Origin: an uncultured Planctomycetota bacterium
GTDB taxonomy: Bacteria > Planctomycetota > Phycisphaerae > Tepidisphaerales > Tepidisphaeraceae
Assembly (NCBI GenBank): GCA_963841915.1
Contig: CAWJEN010000005.1
Location: 1,216,001 to 1,280,000 of the forward strand
Length of the DNA stretch: 64,000 nt
Reading direction: 5' to 3'
This document shows positions 1-9,627 of this stretch, in pieces; within the stretch, counting starts at the first letter, position 1; every line of letters starts with the position of its first letter. The notes beneath the pieces were generated by a model that saw only the letters and a list, made by a program, of their open reading frames with translations, was not told the DNA's origin and did not search any database. Position numbers and translations under genes: made by a program.

Positions 1-1
1 T

Positions 2-1045
2 AAGCATCGGGCCTACCTGCCGCTGATGCCTTTGGCGATCGAGCAGCTCGACGTCGGCGGTTACGACGTTGTTCTGTCGAGCAGCTACTGCGTCGCCAAG
101 GGCATTATCTGTCGGCCAGATCAGCTTCACGTTTCGTACTGTCACAGCCCGGTCCGCTATGCGTGGGACCTGCAGCACCAGTACCTGCGCGAATCGGGCC
201 TGAGCAAGACCAACCGCCGCCGCGGGCCGATCAAGCTGCTCAAGAACGCTCTCGCCCGCTCCATTCTGCACTACATTCGCGGCTGGGATTTTCGCAGTGC
301 CGCAGGCGTCGACGTCTTCCTGTCCAACAGCGACTTCGTCGGCCGCCGCATCGAAAAGGCGTACCGCCGCACGAGCACGACGGTCTATCCGCCGGTCGAC
401 GTCTCTGCCTTTACGTTGTGCGACGAGAAGCAGTCGTATTACTACACGAGCAGCCGCCACGTGCCGTACAAGCGGATGCCGATGATTGTCGAAGCCTTCA
501 GCCGCACGCCCGACAGGCGTCTTGTCATCGGCGGTGACGGACCTGACTTCGAAAAAGTCAAAGCACTTGCCGGCCCAAACGTGCGCGTCGTCGGCCACCA
601 GAAGCACGAGGAGCACATTCACTACATGCAGCGGGCCAAGGCCTTCGTCTTCGCCGCCGAGGAAGACTTCGGCATTGTTCCCGTCGAGGCCATGGCTTGC
701 GGCACGCCTGTCATTGCCTACGGGCGCGGCGGGACGACCGAGACCGTCGTCGATGGCGTGACAGGGGTGCACTTCAAGCGACAGACCTGCGAGTCGCTGC
801 TCGAGGCCGTCGAACGTTTCGAGGCGCTGGACGCTGAAGGCGTCTGGGACCCAGACCAGATCAGTCGCCACGCGCACCAGTTCGGGGCCGCCCGTTTCCG
901 CGAGGAACTGCGCGACATCGTGCTCTCGCACTGGTCGCTCCGAACAGGTCGGTCTGACGGTGCGTCGATCAACCGGAACGTCAAGCAGACGTCCCGCGAA
1001 GAGCTTCCGCAGGCGATGCAGGTGGAAGACGATGCACGCCGCTAG
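2..1045 (+). CDS. Glycosyltransferase family 4 (5'-truncated by window edge)
   Basis: Frame is open from position 2 (KHRAYLPLM...). GT4 motifs YCHSPVRYAWD and EDFGIVPVEAMACGTPVIA are present. Confidence 0.9.
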   Translation, partial: KHRAYLPLMPLAIEQLDVGGYDVVLSSSYCVAKGIICRPDQLHVSYCHSPVRYAWDLQHQYLRESGLSKTNRRRGPIKLLKNALARSILHYIRGWDFRSAAGVDVFLSNSDFVGRRIEKAYRRTSTTVYPPVDVSAFTLCDEKQSYYYTSSRHVPYKRMPMIVEAFSRTPDRRLVIGGDGPDFEKVKALAGPNVRVVGHQKHEEHIHYMQRAKAFVFAAEEDFGIVPVEAMACGTPVIAYGRGGTTETVVDGVTGVHFKRQTCESLLEAVERFEALDAEGVWDPDQISRHAHQFGAARFREELRDIVLSHWSLRTGRSDGASINRNVKQTSREELPQAMQVEDDARR

Positions 1046-1053
1046 GCTTGGCC

Positions 1054-2097
1054 ATGCGTGGCCTGTTGCTCATCGTCTTGCTGGCCCTTGTTACAAGTTC
1101 TGCCGGTGCGACCGAAAAGCTGCCGGTCCGCGGGGTCACGCTTGCTCATCTGCATCGCGGCGACGTCGGTTACGGCTCGGACGCCTCCCGCCGACAGCTT
1201 GATGAGCTTGCCGCCCTCGGCGTGAACTGGGTCGCCCTGACCGATTTCGCCTACATGCCGGATGTGCGTCAGCCCGGACTCCGCTGGGGCCGCGACCGAA
1301 GCCTCAGCGATGCCGGCCTCCGCCGCACGATCGCAGACGCCCACGAGCGAGGCCTCAAGGTCATGCTCAAGCCGCATATCTGGTCGAACCAGTTCTGGCA
1401 GGGCAACGAATGGCACGGCACGATCGAGATGCAGAGCGATGCCGACTGGCAAAGCTTCTTCAGCAGCTACGGCGACTTCATCGTCGAACAGGCGACGCTC
1501 GCCAGCGACACCGGTGCCGACGCCCTGTGCATCGGCGTCGAGATGAAGCTCGTCAGTCCGCGCAGCGACGACTGGCGCAAGCTCGTCGCCCGCGTCCGCG
1601 AGGTCTACGACGGAACGCTGACCTACTCAGCCAACAGCGACGAATGGGACTCGATCGACTGGTGGGACGCGGTCGACTGCATCGGCATCACGGCCTACTT
1701 CCCACTGGCTGACGACGAACACGCCGCGCCTACCGAAGCGCAGGTGCGAGAGGTCTGGACCGGCATCTTCGACCGCATGCGTCCGTTTGCCGCCAGGTTT
1801 GATCGGCCGGTCTGCTTTACGGAGCTGGGCTTCAGCGCCAGTCGCCGGGCGGCCGTCGCGCCGTGGGAGCACCACGAAGTCGACCCCGACCCGGCACTGC
1901 AGGCGATGCTGTACCGGGTCAGCGTCGACGAGATCAGCCGCAGCAACGTCGTCAGCGGCGTCTTCCTGTGGAAGTGGTTCACCGCCGACGCCGACGTGGC
2001 GGCACGCATGGAGCGGGGCGACGTCTTTGGCCTCCAGAACCGGCCGCTCACGCTCGATGTGCTCCGGGAGCGGTGGTCTGACGAGCCGGCGGAATAG
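1054..2097 (+). CDS. Secreted glycoside hydrolase, GH113-like TIM barrel
   Basis: N-terminal signal peptide; LKVMLKPHIW; putative catalytic Glu in CIGVEM and FTELGF; WWDAVDCIGITAYFPL is typical of GH113-like proteins. Confidence 0.75.
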   Translation: MRGLLLIVLLALVTSSAGATEKLPVRGVTLAHLHRGDVGYGSDASRRQLDELAALGVNWVALTDFAYMPDVRQPGLRWGRDRSLSDAGLRRTIADAHERGLKVMLKPHIWSNQFWQGNEWHGTIEMQSDADWQSFFSSYGDFIVEQATLASDTGADALCIGVEMKLVSPRSDDWRKLVARVREVYDGTLTYSANSDEWDSIDWWDAVDCIGITAYFPLADDEHAAPTEAQVREVWTGIFDRMRPFAARFDRPVCFTELGFSASRRAAVAPWEHHEVDPDPALQAMLYRVSVDEISRSNVVSGVFLWKWFTADADVAARMERGDVFGLQNRPLTLDVLRERWSDEPAE

Positions 2098-2404
2098 CAC
2101 AGCTGCAGCGACAGCCTGTCGGTCGGGCGGTCAGGCTGACGCCTCACCGGGTGCTGGTGACAAGTGCGCGCTGTTTAACTGCTTGCGTAATCCGACAAGC
2201 GCGGTTTGTTGAAGCTGCATGAACACGTTCAGGGCCCCGTGGGCAGGATGTCGTATCAGCATCTTGCCCATTGCCTGTTGGAGCTTGAATCTTCTTCTAC
2301 CGGGTGGCATCGTCTGGCAAGGTTCTTGTTCAGGTCTCCACCGGCCGAACGGGCCGCGAATAACCGCAGCGGCCTACCGGGCCACTTCAACGGATCAGCA
2401 CCAG

Positions 2405-3664
2405 ATGAAGTCAGATGTCAGTGACCGTCATTCAATTCGTCCAGTCCTTGCCAGCACTTCGTCGGGTGACGGCGCTGCGACTTCGGCTTCGAAGGCCCGC
2501 TCCAAGCACGTTTTGATCACCGGCGGCGCGGGGTTCATCGGCTCGCATCTGTGTGACGAACTCCTGACAGCTGGCCATCGCGTCCGCGTGCTCGACTGCC
2601 TGTCGGAGCAGGTTCACAGTGCCGCCGCCCGGCAGGCGGGGCGGCCTGACTACCTCGATACGCGCGTCGAGCTTCGCATCGGGGATGTGCAGGATCCTAA
2701 AGCCGTCGCCGACGCGTTAGACGGCATCGACATTGTCGTCCACCTCGCCGCGGCCGTCGGGGTCGGGCAAAGCATGTACGAGGTCGTCAAGTACACGCAG
2801 ATCAACAACATCGGCACCGCGGTCTTGCTCGAAGCCGTCGCCGAGCGGCACAAGACGCGGCCGATCGAACGCCTCCTCGTCGCCAGCTCGATGAGCATCT
2901 ACGGCGAAGGTCGCTACGTCGACACCACCGGCAATGTGTGGGATAACGCCAGCCGCGACCTGCAAAGCCTCAAGGCTCGCCGATTCGAGCCAATTGATGA
3001 CGATGGCCACGCCCTGACCCCCATCGGCACGCCCGAGGACAAGACGCCCGACCTGTCGAGCGTCTATGCACTGGGCAAGTACGACCAGGAACGTTTGTGC
3101 CTCATGCTCGGCAACGCCCACGGCATCCCGACCGTCGCGTGCCGATTCTTCAACGCGTATGGCCCACGTCAGGCGCTGGGCAATCCGTACACGGGCGTCC
3201 TGGCCATCTTTGCCGGTCGCCTGCTCGGTGGGGCGGCACCGATGGTGTACGAAGACGGCAACCAGCGACGTGACTTCGTCCACGTGCGTGACGTTGCACG
3301 GTGCTGTCGTCTGGCACTAGAAGCCGAGGCCGATCAGATTGCCGGCGAGACGTTCAACGTCGGTAGCGGCCAGCCGCGTACGGTCGCCGAGGTCGCTGCC
3401 TCGCTCGCCGAGACGGTGGGCAGACCGGACCTTTCGCCGCACGTCGCAGGCACGTACCGCGTCGGCGACATCCGCCACTGCTTTGCCGACATATCCAAAG
3501 CGGGGCGAAAACTCGGATATCAGCCGGCGGTTGCCTGGGAAGACGGCCTCGCCGAGCTTGCCGACTGGCTCGACGACCAGAAAGGCGAAGCCGAAACCGT
3601 CGCCGCTGTGGAGCGTGGCAACGCCGCCAATGCCGAACTCGCCGCCCGCGGATTGGCGGTCTGA
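2405..3664 (+). CDS. NAD-dependent epimerase/dehydratase
   Basis: ITGGAGFIGSH Rossmann motif, SSMSIYG, YALGK (YxxxK), RFFNAYGP. Start codon uncertain. Confidence 0.9.
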   Translation: MKSDVSDRHSIRPVLASTSSGDGAATSASKARSKHVLITGGAGFIGSHLCDELLTAGHRVRVLDCLSEQVHSAAARQAGRPDYLDTRVELRIGDVQDPKAVADALDGIDIVVHLAAAVGVGQSMYEVVKYTQINNIGTAVLLEAVAERHKTRPIERLLVASSMSIYGEGRYVDTTGNVWDNASRDLQSLKARRFEPIDDDGHALTPIGTPEDKTPDLSSVYALGKYDQERLCLMLGNAHGIPTVACRFFNAYGPRQALGNPYTGVLAIFAGRLLGGAAPMVYEDGNQRRDFVHVRDVARCCRLALEAEADQIAGETFNVGSGQPRTVAEVAASLAETVGRPDLSPHVAGTYRVGDIRHCFADISKAGRKLGYQPAVAWEDGLAELADWLDDQKGEAETVAAVERGNAANAELAARGLAV

Positions 3665-3744
3665 TCGACACGACGTCGGGCTACGGATCAGGGGTCGGTG
3701 CTGCACGTGGTGCCGCAGGTCGCATGTTTCGCCTACCTTGATCC

Positions 3745-5103
3745 GTGGCTGTACCGACGCTTGGCATCTTGGAGTGGTTCCGTCCGGGCGAAGAGCAGCG
3801 GGTCGAGCGGGCGATCGAGGCGCTCGATCGGATCGGTATCACCCACCTGCGGACGGGCGTGAGCTGGGCCGAATGGATGACGCCCGGAGGGCGCGATTGG
3901 TACAAATGGCTGATGCCGACGCTGACCCAGCGTCTGGACGTGCTGCCGTGTTTCAGCTACACGCCGCCTGGACTGAGCGAGCCGCCGGGTACGAATGTGC
4001 CGCCGCGAGATCTGAAGGACTACGGGGCGTTCGTCTGCTACTTCATCGAGTTGCTCGGCGAGCACTTCGAGTGGGTCGAGCTGTGGAACGAACCGGACAA
4101 CCACCGCGAGTGGAACGCCAGCTTCGACGCCGACTATGCCAGGTTCGCCGAGATGGTCGGTATGGCTGGCGAGTGGAGTCGCAAGCTCGGCAAAAAGACC
4201 CTTCTCGGCGGCTTGGCCAATGCCGACCCCAACTTCCTGTCGCTCATGCACGACCACGGCACGCTCGAGCACATGGATGCGGTCGGCGTGCACGGCTTTC
4301 CGTTCAGCTTCGAGTTCTACTGGGAAGGGTGGCCCGCCCGCGTACAAAAGCTGCGCGAACGGCTCGACTGGTGCGGCTACAAGCAGACACCGGTTTGGAT
4401 CACCGAGTGCGGCTACAGCACGTGGCGGCGAGATCCGCTGCCTCAGGTGACGACGTTTGCCGACGCGTTGTCGGCCCCTGCCGAGCGGGTGTATTGGTAC
4501 GCGCTAGACGACCTCGACCCGGACTTGCCGACGGTTGACGGGTTCCACAGCGACGAGCGGGAATATCACTTTGGCCTGCGGACGGCGGACGGCCGAGACA
4601 AGCTGCTGGGCCATCTGCTGGCGACGGGCACGGCCGACGAAGCAGTACGACTTGGCAGGCGACTCGTGGCACAGACGGCGACCGACGTCGGCTATCACCT
4701 GATCACCGGTGGCTGCGGCACGCGTGCGACGGCAATTGTCGAACGACTCATTGCTGCAGGCGAGAGGGTCGTGCTGTACGACAACCTCAGCGGTGACACG
4801 TCGGCTGCAATGGCTGATCGGTGGCTCGACACGGCACACGTGATGGTCGCTGACACGCTCGACGAGCATCGGCTGCGCGAGGCCGTCGGCAACGCGGTGG
4901 CCGTCACGCACGCGGCCTTCGTGACCGACCCGACGCGGCCTTTGCACGAGTTCGACACGAACGCCCGCGGGACGCTGAACGTGCTCGATGCCATCGCACG
5001 GCTGGATCGTGTGGTTCCGTTGCAGATCCTTGCGCCGGAGGGTGCGGCAGGCACGACCAAAGCATCACTCGCCCCGGCCCAGGCATATCGCGGGTTGATG
5101 TAG
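3745..5103 (+). CDS. Glycoside hydrolase-like domain fused to a degenerate/truncated NAD-dependent epimerase domain
   Basis: Clan GH-A-like motifs ELWNEP and WITECG. The C-terminal ITGGCG...NARGTLNVLDA segment resembles an SDR N-terminus but ends before any YxxxK. Confidence 0.7.
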   Translation: MAVPTLGILEWFRPGEEQRVERAIEALDRIGITHLRTGVSWAEWMTPGGRDWYKWLMPTLTQRLDVLPCFSYTPPGLSEPPGTNVPPRDLKDYGAFVCYFIELLGEHFEWVELWNEPDNHREWNASFDADYARFAEMVGMAGEWSRKLGKKTLLGGLANADPNFLSLMHDHGTLEHMDAVGVHGFPFSFEFYWEGWPARVQKLRERLDWCGYKQTPVWITECGYSTWRRDPLPQVTTFADALSAPAERVYWYALDDLDPDLPTVDGFHSDEREYHFGLRTADGRDKLLGHLLATGTADEAVRLGRRLVAQTATDVGYHLITGGCGTRATAIVERLIAAGERVVLYDNLSGDTSAAMADRWLDTAHVMVADTLDEHRLREAVGNAVAVTHAAFVTDPTRPLHEFDTNARGTLNVLDAIARLDRVVPLQILAPEGAAGTTKASLAPAQAYRGLM

Positions 5104-5264
5104 ATGCTGCGCACAGGCGGCCGCCGCGGCGCAAGGTGCAAACATGCGGAATGCCGAGCACAGGCGACGACACGCCACCGACAGTGGGTGCAGAATCGTG
5201 ATGACCACGTCACCTGGCTGCACGAATGGCGACGGACCGCCGACGCACTGGCAAGCGGCAATTG

Positions 5265-5280
5265 TGTTCCACGTGGAACA
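5265..5280. promoter_or_regulatory. parS: parS site (ParB-binding palindrome)
   Basis: Perfect palindrome TGTTCCACGTGGAACA matching the broadly conserved parS consensus. Confidence 0.9.
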
Positions 5281-5300
5281 TTGGGGACTCGGCCGGCAGC

Positions 5301-5332
5301 AAAAACCCCCGCCGGCGTCAGCCAGCGGGGGT
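5301..5332 (-). terminator. Probable intrinsic terminator downstream of xylB
   Basis: Minus strand reads ACCCCCGCTGGC-TGAC-GCCGGCGGGGGT followed by TTTT. Confidence 0.6.
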
Positions 5333-5337
5333 GAGAT

Positions 5338-5353
5338 TGTTCCACGTGGAACA
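5338..5353. promoter_or_regulatory. parS: parS site (ParB-binding palindrome)
   Basis: Perfect palindrome TGTTCCACGTGGAACA. Confidence 0.9.
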
Positions 5354-5406
5354 TTTGCTGATCCCCAACGACCCTTGGCCGCCGCGGCGCAGCGCTTAAA
5401 ACGGCC

Positions 5407-6963
5407 TCACTCTTCGAGCGACTTGATGTCGGCGAAGGTTTCTGCCAGGCGGCCGTACATCTTGTTGTAGACCTCGGCGTGCTTCTGGTAAGCCTCCATC
5501 TGCCGCTTCTTGGGGCGGACGGTGTCGCCGAGCTTGATGAGCTGCTTGCAGGCGGCCGGGACCGACTTGTACGTGCCATTGCCGACACCAGCAAGCAGGG
5601 CGGCACCGAAGGCAGCGCCTTCTTCGCTATTGGTCTGCGAGACCGGTGCGTTGTAGACGTCGGCCTGCATCTGACGCCACATAGCGCTCTTGGCACCGCC
5701 GCCGGTCGTGCGGACCTGCTTGACGGGGACAGACATCTCGTCCCGCATGATCTGCAGCATGCGACCCATGTTGTACGTGACGCCCTCGACGAGGCTGCGG
5801 ACCATGTGGCCCTGGCCGTGACGGCGGGTCAAGCCGATCCAGCTGGCGCGGGCATCGGGGTCGTTGTACGGGCACCGCTCACCGGTCAGGAACGGCAGGA
5901 AGAACAGTCCTTCGCTGCCCAGCGGCACCTTGTCGGCGTCGGCGAGCAGCTTCTTGAAGATGTCGTCGGCACCCTTAGCGACCTTCTTGGGTGTTTTGCC
6001 TCCCGAAGAGGCCAATTCGTCTGCGTACCACTGCAAGCTACCCGCAGCCGAGAGCATGCAGCCGAAGTTGATGTAGGCATTGGGCACCGCGTGACACATT
6101 GTGGCGATGCGGCCCGGGTTGGTGCCCTTCGAATCGATCGTGATGCGGTCGCTGTGGGCGGCCATGACGCCGCCCGTACCGAGGTTGGCATTGATGAGGC
6201 CGGCTTCGACGACGCCCATGCCGACCGCACCAGTCATGACGTCACCGCTGCCTGCAAAGACGGGCGTGCCTGCGTTGAGGCCGAGGTTGCTGGCAGCTTC
6301 CTTCTCAAGTTCGCCGGTCTGTTCGGTCGACTCGACGACGTCCGGCAGGATCTCACGGTTGATCTTGAGCAGATCGATGAGTTCATCGCACCACAGACGG
6401 CGACGGATGTCGAGCAGGCACATGCCGCTGGCGTCGCCGACGTCCGTGACGTACTGACCGGTCATGCGGAAGCGGACGTAGTCCTTGGGCAGGACGACCT
6501 TGTGCAGGCGAGCGAAGCGTTTGGCTTCGTTCTTCTTGAACCACAGGATCTTGGGCAGCGTGTACCCGGTCAGCGGCAGGTTACCGACGAGGTCGAGCAT
6601 CTGGCGTGGGCCACCTGCTTTTTCGAGGATCTCGTCACATTGCTCGCCGGTCCGCTGGTCGTTCCAGAGGATGGCGGGGCGCAGGACGCGTCCTTTTTCG
6701 TCGAGGAAGACGCCGCCGTGCATCTGGCCCGATAGGCCGATGCCGACGATGTCGTCCTTGCTGACCTTGGCCGCTTTAAGCGCACCGCGGATGGACTTTT
6801 GAACGGCAGACCACCATTCAAGCGGGTCTTGCTCGGTCCAGCCGGGCTTGGGTGTCTGAAGAGAATGTTCGCTGGTGGCAGTGCCGGCAACCTTGCCGTC
6901 GGGTCCCAGGACGAGTGTTTTCGTACCGCTGGTGCCGATGTCGATGCCGAGGAGGTGAGGCAT
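5407..6963 (-). CDS. xylB: Xylulokinase (FGGY family)
   Basis: LGIDIGTSGTK, GLSGQMHG, RPAILWNDQR, FLPFLTGERCP, GGGAKSAMWRQMQAD. Confidence 0.9.
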   Translation of the reverse strand: MPHLLGIDIGTSGTKTLVLGPDGKVAGTATSEHSLQTPKPGWTEQDPLEWWSAVQKSIRGALKAAKVSKDDIVGIGLSGQMHGGVFLDEKGRVLRPAILWNDQRTGEQCDEILEKAGGPRQMLDLVGNLPLTGYTLPKILWFKKNEAKRFARLHKVVLPKDYVRFRMTGQYVTDVGDASGMCLLDIRRRLWCDELIDLLKINREILPDVVESTEQTGELEKEAASNLGLNAGTPVFAGSGDVMTGAVGMGVVEAGLINANLGTGGVMAAHSDRITIDSKGTNPGRIATMCHAVPNAYINFGCMLSAAGSLQWYADELASSGGKTPKKVAKGADDIFKKLLADADKVPLGSEGLFFLPFLTGERCPYNDPDARASWIGLTRRHGQGHMVRSLVEGVTYNMGRMLQIMRDEMSVPVKQVRTTGGGAKSAMWRQMQADVYNAPVSQTNSEEGAAFGAALLAGVGNGTYKSVPAACKQLIKLGDTVRPKKRQMEAYQKHAEVYNKMYGRLAETFADIKSLEE

Positions 6964-7061
6964 AAGACGGCACAAGCTAGCGGGTTGTAAGGAAAAGTGA
7001 AAATCGGCAGCGCTTACGACACGAAGATTCTCCCGCCGACCGGCGGCGCTACCCTCGCCGC

Positions 7062-8966
7062 GTGCTGCTTTCGGCTGAGAATCTGACCCACGCCATAGGC
7101 ACCCGACGCCTCTTCAATGGGCTCTCGCTCCGCCTCGATCGCGGCGAACGGGTCGGCTTCGTCGGTGACAACGGCACCGGGAAAACCACCCTCATCCGCT
7201 GCCTGACGAAGGAGTTCGAGCCCGACGACGGCCGAATCAGCGTCGCCCGCGGCGTTTCGATCGGTCACCTCAAGCAGGACCCGGACTTCCCGGCGGGTCA
7301 GAGCGTCATCGACGTGGCCGAAGGGGCTTTTGCCGAGTTGCACGATTTGGCCGGTCAGCTTCGGGTACTCGAGCACGACATGTCGGGCGACGACGCCGAC
7401 GCTGCGATGAAGAAGTACGAGAAGGTCAGCCACGCGTTCGAAGAAGCAGGTGGGTACGCTTGGAGGCATAAACTCGAAGCGGCACTCGACGGGGTAGGGC
7501 TCGAGCGTTCTACGTGGAACAGAGACGTCGACCAACTCAGCGGCGGGCAGCGGTCGCGTCTGCAGCTCGCCCGGCTGCTCGTCGACGCGCCTGACGTGCT
7601 GCTGCTCGACGAGCCGACAAACCACCTCGATCTCGCAGCCATCGAATGGCTCGAAAATGAGCTCGGCCGCTTTACCGGGGCGGCGCTCATCATCAGCCAC
7701 GACAGGTTCCTGCTCGACAGGCTCGCCACGCGAATCGATCACCTCGAGCGGGGGAGCATCAAGAGCTACCCTGGCAACTACGCGGCTTTCCTGAAGCAGG
7801 CCGAGGCCGACGAGCTGGCACGCGGGCGTGCTTTCGAGAAGCAGCAGAAGGACATCGACAAGCAGGCCGAGTACGTCCGAAGGTTCAAGGCCGGTCAGCG
7901 TGCCCGCCAGGCCAAGGGTCGCGAGAAGCGGCTCAACCGGCTTCTGGGTAGCGACGAGCTTGTGGCAGACGCGACGAAAAAGTCGTCGATGCACCTGAGC
8001 TTCGTGACGGACGCGGTCAAGAGCGATCGCATCCTCAAGGTGAGCGGCCTCAAGAAGTCGTTCAGCGGGCAGCCGCCGTTGTGGCAGGGCATCGGCTTCG
8101 AGGTGGCCCCAGGTGATCGGATCGGCATCGTCGGGCCCAACGGCTGTGGCAAGACGACGCTGCTTCGCTGCCTCGTCGGCGACGCCGATGCCGACGCGGG
8201 TGAGGTACGTTGGGGACCGAAGCTGTCGCTGGGCTACTACGACCAACGGTTGGAGGACTTTGAGCCGGAAAACACGGTGCTGGACGAGTTGTACCCCGAT
8301 GCCGTCGAGGCAGGCCTGTCGGAGCACGGTCTGCGTGATGCCCTCGGTGCCATGCACTACAGCGGCAACGACGTGCACAAGCCGATGGCAGCCCTGTCAG
8401 GTGGCGAGCGGGCACGGGTCGCCCTGACCCGGCTGCTGCTCAAGAAGGCCAACGTGCTCGTGCTCGACGAACCGACGAACCACCTCGACGTCGCCAGTCG
8501 TGAGGCGCTCGAGCGGGCACTACGTGGCTACGACGGGACGATCATCAGCGTCAGCCACGACCGCTGGTTCCTTGACCGGGTGGCAGACCGGCTGGTGGTC
8601 TTCGAACCGCCACAGATTGTTGACTTCCGTGGCGGCTGGCAGTCTTGGCTGGAGCACCGCGCTGCCGCCAAAGAGGCTCCGCAGCAGGCGGCGTCGCTGA
8701 AGCCCAAAGCCTCGGCCATGCCGAGCAAGAAGAAAGACCCGGCCAAGAACAAGTTCCTTCGTCCCTACGGCAGCATGGCCACGCCGAAGCTCGAAGAGCG
8801 GATCACGCACGTCGAGATCACGCTGAGCGAGCTGCAGGAGGACTTTGCGACAGGCGTCGGCATGAGCGATCCGGCCGCTGCAAGGGAAAAGACGGCCGAA
8901 CTCGAACGGCTGACGACGGAGCTGAGCCAGCTCGAAGAGGAATACTTCAATCGGGCGGACGCTTAG
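7062..8966 (+). CDS. ABC-F family ATP-binding protein (Uup/YheS-like)
   Basis: Two ABC domains (GDNGTGKTT, LSGGQ, LLLDEPTNHLD; GPNGCGKTT, LSGGE), no TM segments, C-terminal coiled coil. Confidence 0.92.
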   Translation: MLLSAENLTHAIGTRRLFNGLSLRLDRGERVGFVGDNGTGKTTLIRCLTKEFEPDDGRISVARGVSIGHLKQDPDFPAGQSVIDVAEGAFAELHDLAGQLRVLEHDMSGDDADAAMKKYEKVSHAFEEAGGYAWRHKLEAALDGVGLERSTWNRDVDQLSGGQRSRLQLARLLVDAPDVLLLDEPTNHLDLAAIEWLENELGRFTGAALIISHDRFLLDRLATRIDHLERGSIKSYPGNYAAFLKQAEADELARGRAFEKQQKDIDKQAEYVRRFKAGQRARQAKGREKRLNRLLGSDELVADATKKSSMHLSFVTDAVKSDRILKVSGLKKSFSGQPPLWQGIGFEVAPGDRIGIVGPNGCGKTTLLRCLVGDADADAGEVRWGPKLSLGYYDQRLEDFEPENTVLDELYPDAVEAGLSEHGLRDALGAMHYSGNDVHKPMAALSGGERARVALTRLLLKKANVLVLDEPTNHLDVASREALERALRGYDGTIISVSHDRWFLDRVADRLVVFEPPQIVDFRGGWQSWLEHRAAAKEAPQQAASLKPKASAMPSKKKDPAKNKFLRPYGSMATPKLEERITHVEITLSELQEDFATGVGMSDPAAAREKTAELERLTTELSQLEEEYFNRADA

Positions 8967-8981
8967 CGGTTAAGCGCTGTC

Positions 8982-9627
8982 ATGAGCGACACGACCGTCG
9001 ACCGGCCGGAGCGGTTCCTCGCGACAGAGGAGGAGTATTTGGTGTTCGAATCCGAAGCCGCAGAGAAGCACGAGTGGATCGACGGAGAAGTGCGACCGTT
9101 GCGTCGCTGGGGCCGAGGGCATGGCGGGTAAGACCTTCTCGCATCTACTGATGGTGTCGAGCATGGTTCGGAAGCTGGACAATCGGTTGGATGGGAAAGG
9201 ATGTCTGGCGTTGACGTCAAACTTGCGTGTCAAGGCGCCCGTCTTCCGGCGGCAGATAGGCCAGCGCGGCCTTTACACGTATCCCGATGTGACTGTGGTC
9301 TGCGGCAAGCCACAGCTTGAGAAGGGCGGTCCGGCTTCCGAAACGCTTATCAATCCGACGCTCCTTGTTGAGGTGCTCTCGCCGTCAACGGAAGCGAACG
9401 ACTTCGGGCAGAAGTTCGAACGCTACCGCACGATCGAGTCCTTCCGCGAGTACGTGCTCGTCAGCCAGAAGATGCCCCACGTCAATGTGTTCTTGCGGCG
9501 TGACAACGGCGACTGGAAAATCGACCAGTACGAAGGCCTTGAGGCAACGGCTTGATTCGAGTCCATCGACGTCGACCTGCCACTCAGCGAAATCTACGAC
9601 GGCGTGATCTTCGGAGCCGACCTTTAA
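8982..9627 (+). pseudogene. Uma2 family endonuclease, disrupted
   Basis: N-terminus (EEYLVFE..EKHEWIDGE) is in a different frame from the core (YPDVTVVCG, VEVLSPST, EYVLVSQ). An in-frame TGA at 9553-9555 precedes the typical tail FESIDVDLPLSEIYDGV. Confidence 0.75.

Larger units (their letters stand above)
5104..5395. repeat. Copy A of ~300-bp dispersed element carrying paired parS sites
   Basis: Colinear similarity to 47176-47477 (shared caggcga..gccac..agtgg, gctgcac, ccgccgacgcact, both parS, cggcgcagcgc). Ends are imperfect inverted repeats. Confidence 0.7.

Noticed and set aside
5265..5353. Palindromic repeats with a spacer as a mini-CRISPR array
   Set aside because: Only two 16-bp units per locus, they match parS, the spacers are homologous to each other, and no cas genes are present.
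5104..5470. ORFs 5104-5334 and 5144-5470 as genes or as an epimerase continuation
   Set aside because: They run through the parS element and terminator; VPRGT/FHVEH are just translations of the palindrome.
9553..9555. In-frame TGA in Uma2 as evidence of stop-codon recoding or selenocysteine
   Set aside because: TGA terminates many intact genes here, the position is not a Cys/Trp site, and the gene also has a frameshift. Simple decay explains it.
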